A program made the position numbers and the translations under genes. Under the pieces are notes generated by a model. That model had not been told where the DNA came from, ran no database searches, and saw only the letters and a program-made list of their open reading frames with translations. Of a DNA stretch of 64,000 nucleotides, positions 8,092-15,506 are shown one piece after another; position 1 is the stretch's first letter, and the number at the start of each line of letters is the position of its first letter. This DNA is from Clostridia bacterium (GTDB taxonomy: Bacteria; Bacillota; Clostridia; Lachnospirales; JAOARL01), in contig JAOARL010000020.1 of assembly GCA_025210555.1 (NCBI GenBank), positions 72,883 through 136,882 on the forward strand, written 5' to 3'.

Positions 8092-8805
8092 ATGATTAGA
8101 AGTATGTACACATCGGCAATAGGGATGAGAAAAGGAATGCAAAATTTAGATGTTATATCTAATAATATTGCTAATGCAAATACAACAGGATTTAAAAAAG
8201 ATACAGCTGTGTTTGGAGATTTTAAAACTATTATTGAAGGTGAAATGGCAAAAAAGGACTTATTAACTTTAGATGAGGTTGCATCAGATTATTCTCAAGG
8301 AAGCCTAGATGAAACTGGTGGTAAATATGATCTTGCTATAAAAGGAAATGGTTTTTTTGCAGTAGATGTAGAGGGAACTGAAAAGTATACAAGAGATGGA
8401 AGTTTTACACTTGATAAAAATGGATATATGGTAGATAAATTAGGAAATAGAGTTAAAGGTGAAAAAGGAAATATTAAATGCTCTACAACTAATGTTATAG
8501 TAGACCCTAGTGGTAAAGTTTTTGATAATGGAAAAGAAGTTGGAATCATAAAAATGGTAGATTTTGAGAATGAAAAATCATTGAAAAAATCTGGAGATAA
8601 TTTTGTCGAAAAGACAGATCTGACTAAAGAAAAGAAGTTTAAAGGAACTTTGATGCAAGGTTATTTAGAATCATCAAATGTTAATGTAATTAATGAGATG
8701 GTAGAAATGATGAATGTTATGAGAAATTATGAAACAAATCAAAAGATACTTAAAGTTCAAGACGAAATATTAGGAAAATCAGTAAATGATGTAGGGAGAG
8801 TATAA
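8092..8805 (+). CDS. flhO: Flagellar basal-body rod protein (FlhO/FlgF-like)
   Basis: N-terminal SMYTSAIGM..Q...DVISNNIANANTTGFKKD and C-terminal LESSNVN...EMV.M....R.YE rod-protein signatures. Start at ATG 8092 after AAGGAGGA. Confidence 0.8.
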   Translation: MIRSMYTSAIGMRKGMQNLDVISNNIANANTTGFKKDTAVFGDFKTIIEGEMAKKDLLTLDEVASDYSQGSLDETGGKYDLAIKGNGFFAVDVEGTEKYTRDGSFTLDKNGYMVDKLGNRVKGEKGNIKCSTTNVIVDPSGKVFDNGKEVGIIKMVDFENEKSLKKSGDNFVEKTDLTKEKKFKGTLMQGYLESSNVNVINEMVEMMNVMRNYETNQKILKVQDEILGKSVNDVGRV

Positions 8806-8807
8806 TT

Positions 8808-9632
8808 ATGATAGGAGCATTTAAAACTTCAACAGCAGGAATGAAAAATGTTCAAGCTCAGCTTGATACAATAGCTAATAACATTGCTAATGTTAATACC
8901 GCTTCATATAAAAAGCAAGGACAAGAATTTAAAGATTTTTTGTATGAAAGCATAGAAAAAGTAGAAGTGGATAAAAATAAAAATTCAGAAGTTAAGCCTT
9001 CTATGATTCAAATTGGTAGAGGTTCAAAAATAGCAGCTACGAGAAGATCATTTGAGGTTGGAAATATTACTCAAACTAGTAATAAATTTGATTTTGCTAT
9101 AGATGGAGATGGATTCTTTGAAGTTATAACAACTGGTGGAGAAAGAATGTATACAAGAGATGGTAGATTTAAAACATCAACATCAGAAGAAACTGGTGAA
9201 ACGGCACTTGTTACAGCAGAAGGATATCCTATTGTTGATGAAGAGGGAGAATATATAACAATTCCAGAAGAAGTTAATATGAGTACATTAACAGTTGATG
9301 GTGAAGGTAAATTTTTATACAAAAATACTGACGGGGAAATGGTTGATACAGGAATAGTTCTTAGAACAGTGTTATTTAAAAACAATCAAGGACTTGAGGC
9401 TAAAGGTGATAACTTATATAAGAAAACTTTAGCCTCAGGAGAGCCTATAACAGAAGCAGATGAAAATACTAAAAAAGGTGAAATTAAGCAAGGATTTGTT
9501 GAGATGTCAAATGTTAAAGTTGTTGAAGAAATGGTTAACCTTATAACGGCACAAAGAGCTTATGAGCTTAATTCGAAAGTTATTCAGGCAGCAGATGAAA
9601 TGCTCTCACAAGTTAACAATTTAAGAAGATAG
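8808..9632 (+). CDS. flhP: Flagellar basal-body rod protein FlgG/FlhP
   Basis: IANNIANVNT.SYKK at the N-terminus and GFVEMSNVKVVEEMVNLITAQRAYELNSKVIQ at the C-terminus are typical of FlgG. Confidence 0.85.
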   Translation: MIGAFKTSTAGMKNVQAQLDTIANNIANVNTASYKKQGQEFKDFLYESIEKVEVDKNKNSEVKPSMIQIGRGSKIAATRRSFEVGNITQTSNKFDFAIDGDGFFEVITTGGERMYTRDGRFKTSTSEETGETALVTAEGYPIVDEEGEYITIPEEVNMSTLTVDGEGKFLYKNTDGEMVDTGIVLRTVLFKNNQGLEAKGDNLYKKTLASGEPITEADENTKKGEIKQGFVEMSNVKVVEEMVNLITAQRAYELNSKVIQAADEMLSQVNNLRR

Positions 9633-9643
9633 TGGTGATATAA

Positions 9644-9988
9644 GTGGAAATAAATAACATTTCTATGAAAGAAAATTTTAACATTGTTAATAATAAAGCA
9701 AAAAAAGAAGATACATCAAAATTCGAAGATATTTTAAAAGATAAAATAACAGATAAAGATAAGGAAGAACTTAAAGATGTTTGTGATAAGTTAGAGAGTC
9801 AATTTATCAACCTTATGTTTAAAGAGATGAGAAAAGGTTCTCAAAATCCTCTAATTCCTAAAAGTCAGACTGAAGAAATGTTTCAAGGGATGATAGATGA
9901 GGAATATTCTAAAAGGGCAAGTGAGTCGGATGGATTTGGATTATCTAAAATGATGTATGATCAATTAATTAGAAAGACTATTCAATAA
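9644..9988 (+). CDS. Rod-binding (FlgJ N-terminal-like) protein
   Basis: LESQFINLMFKEMRK...GFGLSKMMYDQL resembles the rod-binding domain of FlgJ. Follows the rod genes. GTG start; alternative start ATG 9665. Confidence 0.6.
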   Translation: MEINNISMKENFNIVNNKAKKEDTSKFEDILKDKITDKDKEELKDVCDKLESQFINLMFKEMRKGSQNPLIPKSQTEEMFQGMIDEEYSKRASESDGFGLSKMMYDQLIRKTIQ

Positions 9989-10003
9989 GAGTAGTCTTTT
10001 TTT
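9973..10003 (+). terminator. Rho-independent terminator overlapping the flgJ-like stop
   Basis: AAAGACTA / TAGTCTTT stem with an 11-nt loop, then a T7 run. Confidence 0.6.
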
Positions 10004-10074
10004 AGATGAATTTTATTAAATTTAAATTATGCATTATAATTATAGTAAGAACCATGTATAAAGGGGGGATTAAA

Positions 10075-11637
10075 ATGGCTGGAGTAAAAGATGAAAAAAT
10101 AAGGAAAATAGAAAAAAGAGTTAAGAGAATTGAAAAGAAAAGCGGAGAAAGGAAAAAGATTGCTCAAAATGATTTTGAATTTGTTCTTGAAGGTATAATA
10201 TTAGTTTTTTACACTCTTGTATTTTTACCACTACTTTTAATTTCAGTTCTTGTTTACTTTTTGGCAAAAGCTTTTAATTTGAGTAAATATACATTGTTTT
10301 TTGGAAGCATTGTTTTGGGATTTATAAATCATTTAGTCCTAGGAAATGATATTGGAAATTATGTTGTAAAGTATTTTTACGAAATGATTTTATTTATGCA
10401 AAATATAACAGAGTTTCCAAGTAGTTTGGTAACTGTATTCATGAATGTATTAAGGCTTGAGAGTACATGGCATGTTATAATATCAATGTTCTTAGTTAGT
10501 ACATATATGATACTAATTAATGAAGTTAAAAGGAAAAAAGAAAAAAGTAGAATACCTGTTAGGAGAAAGATTAAGTGTAGTACATTTAATCATCCCAATA
10601 ATCAAATTATAGTTGGAATGAATAGAAACGAGTGCGTTGCAATAAATGAACAAACTAAGAGAGTTGTTATAAGTGGAAAAAGTATTAAGACTAGAAAGTC
10701 ACTAATGATGAATTTTATAGAAAATAATCTGCAAAAAGATAAAAAAACAATAATACTTAATATAGATAAAAGTATAAATAAAGCAGATTTTATAAAAACT
10801 GTATCGAATTATGGGAAGAATATTAGAGAAATTGATATAGGAGAAAAAGATTTTAACTACAATCCTATGATTACAAGTGATAGTGAAGCATTAAAAGATA
10901 TGATTTTAATATTTTTAAAAAGATTTCCTGATCTTAAAACAGCATATAGAATGTATATGGATAGAATAGAATATATATTGGAAAGCAATAATATTAAATT
11001 TAATTTTGAAACATTAAGAAAATATCCACCGGAAAAATATAAAGATATGGTAGATAAGGATACTAAGATGAGTACAGTGCAAAAAGATATGGAAAGATCA
11101 TTTATTGATACATATTATGAAATTTCGATAGAAGCACATGAAAAAGTGTTTAATATTATAAATTTATATTTTTCAGGATTTTATACTGAGTATGAAAATA
11201 ATATGGAGAAGCTATTAAAAGATAATGAATTGCTTATATATAGTTTTGCGTTTAGAAGATATGATGAAAAATCATTATACATGTTAGGATTTATTGTTAA
11301 AGAACTTGAAAATAAAGGTATAACAGTTATTATTAATGGCTTTAATGATTCAATAACTAAAAAATATAATGAATTTGTAATGAATACTAAAAATAAAATT
11401 ATTACAATAATAGAAGAGTTAGATGAGAATGAACTTGGAAATTTTGATATTAAACATCATGATATATATGTTATAATTAAGCAAAATCCTGATAGAGAGA
11501 TCTGGAATAAAATAAGCTCAATTGATTATGAAAATGTTATAAGGGATATTATTAAACTTACAGAAAAACAAGGGATAATTTTTTATAATAAAAGTAATGA
11601 GTATAAGAAAATATTAATAAGAGGGATGAAAAAATGA
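10075..11637 (+). CDS. Membrane protein with a coupling-protein/HerA-like NTPase-shaped domain and a degenerate Walker A
   Basis: ATG 10075 after AAAGGGGGG. Lys-rich N-terminus, about 4 hydrophobic helices, then a soluble domain (VVISGKSIKTRKS ... IILNIDKS ... FNYNP ... ITVIINGFNDS). No confident family match. Confidence 0.55.
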   Translation: MAGVKDEKIRKIEKRVKRIEKKSGERKKIAQNDFEFVLEGIILVFYTLVFLPLLLISVLVYFLAKAFNLSKYTLFFGSIVLGFINHLVLGNDIGNYVVKYFYEMILFMQNITEFPSSLVTVFMNVLRLESTWHVIISMFLVSTYMILINEVKRKKEKSRIPVRRKIKCSTFNHPNNQIIVGMNRNECVAINEQTKRVVISGKSIKTRKSLMMNFIENNLQKDKKTIILNIDKSINKADFIKTVSNYGKNIREIDIGEKDFNYNPMITSDSEALKDMILIFLKRFPDLKTAYRMYMDRIEYILESNNIKFNFETLRKYPPEKYKDMVDKDTKMSTVQKDMERSFIDTYYEISIEAHEKVFNIINLYFSGFYTEYENNMEKLLKDNELLIYSFAFRRYDEKSLYMLGFIVKELENKGITVIINGFNDSITKKYNEFVMNTKNKIITIIEELDENELGNFDIKHHDIYVIIKQNPDREIWNKISSIDYENVIRDIIKLTEKQGIIFYNKSNEYKKILIRGMKK

Positions 11638-11981
11638 TGAAAAATAAAAAATATTGTGTATTTGTATCTATGCTTGCAGTTCTTGGGATCTGGGTTGGAT
11701 TTAATACTTTGAGTTTTGAAAATTTTAATCTGGAGAGTATATTAGGGATAGCTAATATGCTGCTTATAATTATAACGTTAGTTTTTAGTATTAGTTCAAA
11801 GAAACCATTAGAAAATAATTTTACTAGGTTCTTCGTAGTATTTACAATTGGAGTGAATTTATTTTTTGAAATATATATATCTGTTTTGAAAGAAATTGAG
11901 TTAAACAAGCTGCTTTTAATTTACTTGGTAGTTATATCAGTATATTATACATATTTAATAAAACAAAAAAAGAGTTCTTAA
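11634..11981 (+). CDS. Small polytopic membrane protein (115 aa)
   Basis: ATGA start/stop overlap with the upstream ORF. RBS GAGGGA 7 nt upstream. Three to four hydrophobic segments. Confidence 0.5.
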   Translation: MMKNKKYCVFVSMLAVLGIWVGFNTLSFENFNLESILGIANMLLIIITLVFSISSKKPLENNFTRFFVVFTIGVNLFFEIYISVLKEIELNKLLLIYLVVISVYYTYLIKQKKSS

Positions 11982-11991
11982 TGAACTCTTT
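11969..11991. terminator. Bidirectional hairpin formed by the 3' ends of two convergent genes
   Basis: AAAGAGTTC-TTAAT-GAACTCTTT, flanked by an A-run upstream and a T-run downstream. The loop contains both stop codons. Confidence 0.6.
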
Positions 11992-13120
11992 TTGGTGGTT
12001 TAGGACCGTAAAAATTGTATAAATAACACTTAAGTTTTCCGTTATATACTTTTCTGTTTTTATTAGCTTTTTTGCCGTAAGTCTTTTCAAAATTTTCAAA
12101 AGACGTAACGATTGAGAAAGACCAAGTATCTAAAGTGTCAAATGATTTTCTCATTTTGTTATATAGTTTAATAACTGAAGATTTATCTTCAAGTCTTTCT
12201 CCATAAGGTGGATTTGTTACGATATAACCATATTTATCATTTGATTTTATTTCTGAAACATTCATTTGTTGGAAATGGATACAATCATCAACTCCTGCAT
12301 TTTCAGCGTTCTCTCTGGCAATTTTTAAAACCTCAGGATCAATATCTGTACCTATTAGTTTTAATTCTTTATCATAATCCATTTGTTTAAAAGCTTCTTT
12401 CTTTGCTTCTCTAAAAAGTTTGCTATCAATGAATTTCCAATGTTCAAAATCGAAACTTCTTGAAAGTCCTGGCGCTATATTTCTAGCAGCTAAAGCAGCT
12501 TCTATTAAGATTGTTCCAGAACCACAAAATGGATCAATTAATGTTCTGTCAGGTTTCCACATACTTAAATTGACAATGGCAGCAGCTAAAGTTTCTCTTA
12601 TAGGCGCTGCACTAGTTTTGATTCTATATCCACGTTTGTGAAGTCCTGCACCGGAAGAATCTAGCATAATAGAAACACGATCTTTCATTATTTCTACTAA
12701 TATTTTATAAGTTTCCTCTGATTCATCTAGCCACTTTGTGTTATATACTTCAGAAAGTCTTTTAACTATAGCTTTTTTACTTATAGATTGAATATCAGAA
12801 AGGCTAAATAATGTTGAGTTTATTGATTTAGCATTAACTGGAAACTTTCCTTTTTCTGAAATATAGTTTTCCCATTTTATATTCGAGATTTCTTCAAATA
12901 AATTTTCGAAAGTTGTACATTCAAAAGATGCAATTTCTACAAAAACTCTTTCAGCAGACCTAAGCCATAGGTTGCATATACTTATATCTTTTGCTGTTCC
13001 AATGAAGCTAACTTTATTAACATCAGCCTTTAAATTTTCATATCCTAATTTTTCTAATTCTCGCTTTACAATCCCTTCAAGACCAAAGGTTGTAGTAGCT
13101 ACTATTTTAAATTTTTCCAT
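11978..13120 (-). CDS. THUMP-domain class I SAM-dependent RNA methyltransferase (YpsC/RlmL-like)
   Basis: N-terminal THUMP-like region. DPFCGSGTILIEAA (SAM motif I) and NPPYGERL (motif IV). Confidence 0.85.
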   Translation of the reverse strand: MEKFKIVATTTFGLEGIVKRELEKLGYENLKADVNKVSFIGTAKDISICNLWLRSAERVFVEIASFECTTFENLFEEISNIKWENYISEKGKFPVNAKSINSTLFSLSDIQSISKKAIVKRLSEVYNTKWLDESEETYKILVEIMKDRVSIMLDSSGAGLHKRGYRIKTSAAPIRETLAAAIVNLSMWKPDRTLIDPFCGSGTILIEAALAARNIAPGLSRSFDFEHWKFIDSKLFREAKKEAFKQMDYDKELKLIGTDIDPEVLKIARENAENAGVDDCIHFQQMNVSEIKSNDKYGYIVTNPPYGERLEDKSSVIKLYNKMRKSFDTLDTWSFSIVTSFENFEKTYGKKANKNRKVYNGKLKCYLYNFYGPKPPKRVH

Positions 13121-13198
13121 AAACTCCTCCTGTAAAATCCATTAACATATGGTATACTATAATAAAATTTGTGTCAAATAAAAGGTGGAGGTAAAAGA

Positions 13199-13813
13199 AT
13201 GTATTGTCAAAAATGTGGTACTAAAATAGAGGATATTTCAAATTATTGTAGAGAGTGTGGTTTTAGAGTTAATCCAGATAAAGAAGAAGAAAGAGATAAG
13301 TTATTATTATCTGTAAAGCCAAAATTTGATAAAATGGTTTCAATTTCTGAAATTGAACTTAATCAAATAGTGTTTACTGTAATAGCAACAGTAGCATTTG
13401 GGTTTTATACGCTTGAGCCGTTAAGTCAAACAGGTATAAGTAGCATCGTTGTACCAATTATGTTTGCATTATATGGGATAATATTTTTCGCTATGAGCAC
13501 AGCGTCAAAATATTATTTAGAGAAAAATACTTTAGAGAAAACAGAATATAGATTTTTTAAAAATAAACTTGAATATTTTGAAGGATTTTCAACTATGGAG
13601 CAAAAGATTGTTAAATACAGAAACGTAACAGAAATATACATGAGAAGAAGTGTTTTGCAGAAGAAAGCTAATGTTGGAACAATTGTTATTTCTACTCCAA
13701 TGACTTCTATGAAAAACAATGGTGCTAGAAGTAATGGAGTTGTTTTGAAAAATGTTGAAAACCCAACTGAAACTTATAAGGCTATAAGAAAGTTAATTAA
13801 TGAGGCTGAATAA
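13199..13813 (+). CDS. Zinc-ribbon / membrane / bacterial PH-domain protein
   Basis: MYCQKCGTKI...YCRECG zinc ribbon, two TM helices, and a C-terminal YdbS/YdbT-like segment (RRSVLQKKANVGTIVIST). Start at ATG 13199 after GGTGGAGG. Confidence 0.6.
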   Translation: MYCQKCGTKIEDISNYCRECGFRVNPDKEEERDKLLLSVKPKFDKMVSISEIELNQIVFTVIATVAFGFYTLEPLSQTGISSIVVPIMFALYGIIFFAMSTASKYYLEKNTLEKTEYRFFKNKLEYFEGFSTMEQKIVKYRNVTEIYMRRSVLQKKANVGTIVISTPMTSMKNNGARSNGVVLKNVENPTETYKAIRKLINEAE

Positions 13814-14382
13814 TGAAAGAAAAATTGAAAAAGGTAGATAGAGAATTATATGTAGCTATAAATAACAGGTATGATTCAAGAATAATTAAATTAGTGATGT
13901 TAATAATAACATTTTTAGGTGGAGTGACAGTATCAATAGCTATGCCGTTTGCTTTATATTTTATGGGAAATAAAGAGTTGTTTTTAAAAATGACATTAGG
14001 ATTAATTGTTATAACAGTGATTGTTCAAAGTATTAAAATTATATATAAAAGAACAAGACCCTATGAAAAAGTAGAAGGTAGTGTAAGAATAGGATGTAAA
14101 TTAAAAACGTATTCATTTCCTTCTGGTCATACGTCAACCAGTTTTATGCTTATGACATTATTAGCAATTAATTTTGGAATGCCTATAGCTATATTATTTT
14201 TGTCTACAGCAGTTTTGATAGGGGTTTCTAGAATATATTTAGGAGTACATTATCCAGTTGATGTAATTGTAGGAGCTTTTCTAGGAACAATTGTTGCTAT
14301 TAGCATTAATATTTTTGGAGGTGTTTATATATGGGAAAATGTATTGAATCAAATTTTGAAGGTGGTTCAATTGAGTATATAG
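13813..14382 (+). CDS. PAP2-family lipid phosphatase
   Basis: KR.RP ... SFPSGHTS ... SRIYLGVHYP.DV acid-phosphatase motifs in a polytopic membrane protein. Confidence 0.8.
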   Translation: MKEKLKKVDRELYVAINNRYDSRIIKLVMLIITFLGGVTVSIAMPFALYFMGNKELFLKMTLGLIVITVIVQSIKIIYKRTRPYEKVEGSVRIGCKLKTYSFPSGHTSTSFMLMTLLAINFGMPIAILFLSTAVLIGVSRIYLGVHYPVDVIVGAFLGTIVAISINIFGGVYIWENVLNQILKVVQLSI

Positions 14383-15443
14383 AAAATGATGATAAAAAAA
14401 TAAGTTTAAGTCTTGAGCATTTAGAAAAAGATAAAACTAATCATTGGTTTAACTTTAAAGTTGAAAAAGATTTTGAAGATCTAGTAATAAACATTGAAAA
14501 TGCACACTTAACAGGTTTTTGGAGAGGCTGGGAAGGATATGCTCCGTATATATCAAAAGATGGAGTAAGGTTTGAAAGAACAGTTAACCCTTTTAATTAT
14601 AAATACGAGGAAAATGATGATTATAGAATGGGAACGCTTAGTCTTGAACTTAATAATGTGGGAAAAGGTACACAATTAGCCTGGTATAAGCCTTATACTA
14701 TAAAAGATTATGAAAAATATATGGAAAAAGTAGATTCAAGATCTGAATTTAACGTTGTTAATCATAAAAAAGGATTTAAAACTGTAGAGTATATAAGTTC
14801 CCAAGAGGCAGAAACTTTGATGTTTATTGGGAGACAACATCCAGGAGAGACAATGAGTTCTTTCTTTATGGAAGGTATAATAAATAAATGCATAGAGATA
14901 ATAGATAAGTTTAAAAATAAAAATATCATAATAGCACCATTTGTAAATATGTCAGGAGCAATTGCTGGTAAGCAAAGAACTGATATTGATGGTGTTGATT
15001 ATAACAGAGCTTGGAATAGAGGAGATATACCTAATATAAATGTTTTGAAGACATACATTAAAAATTATAATGTTACTGTTTTTGGAGATATTCACGGGGA
15101 TGAAGTGGATAAAGATGACTTTATGTATGTTAATCCAGAAACAACAGTAGGGAAAAATAGAAAAATATGCGAATCAATAGTTGGAAATATAGAAGGACTT
15201 AAACTTAAGCCTATGTTAACTAAAAATCAAGCTATTAAAAATGCTATAGCTAATGGCAAGGTTTATATACCTAATGGTCAAACAGCTTCAAGATTTGTAG
15301 AAGAAAACAATGGATTTGAAGATGTATTTGGATTTATATATGAAATTAGTGCACATAGTACCGAGCCAAAGGAAGCATATAAGCAAGGGGAAAAATTAAT
15401 AGAGGCAATATCTTTAAATATGGATGAAGAATTACAAGGTTAA
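14331..15443 (+). CDS. M14-family zinc carboxypeptidase-like protein (cytosolic carboxypeptidase type)
   Basis: GRQHPGETMSSF (HxxE zinc motif), a later DIHGDE, and an N-terminal beta-sandwich-like region. RBS GGAGGTG 7 nt upstream. Overlaps the PAP2 gene by 52 nt. Confidence 0.65.
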   Translation: MGKCIESNFEGGSIEYIENDDKKISLSLEHLEKDKTNHWFNFKVEKDFEDLVINIENAHLTGFWRGWEGYAPYISKDGVRFERTVNPFNYKYEENDDYRMGTLSLELNNVGKGTQLAWYKPYTIKDYEKYMEKVDSRSEFNVVNHKKGFKTVEYISSQEAETLMFIGRQHPGETMSSFFMEGIINKCIEIIDKFKNKNIIIAPFVNMSGAIAGKQRTDIDGVDYNRAWNRGDIPNINVLKTYIKNYNVTVFGDIHGDEVDKDDFMYVNPETTVGKNRKICESIVGNIEGLKLKPMLTKNQAIKNAIANGKVYIPNGQTASRFVEENNGFEDVFGFIYEISAHSTEPKEAYKQGEKLIEAISLNMDEELQG

Positions 15444-15506
15444 TTCTTCATTTTTAATTGCATATATTAGTAAAGTTTAATAAAATTAATAGAAAGGGGG
15501 AAAGTA

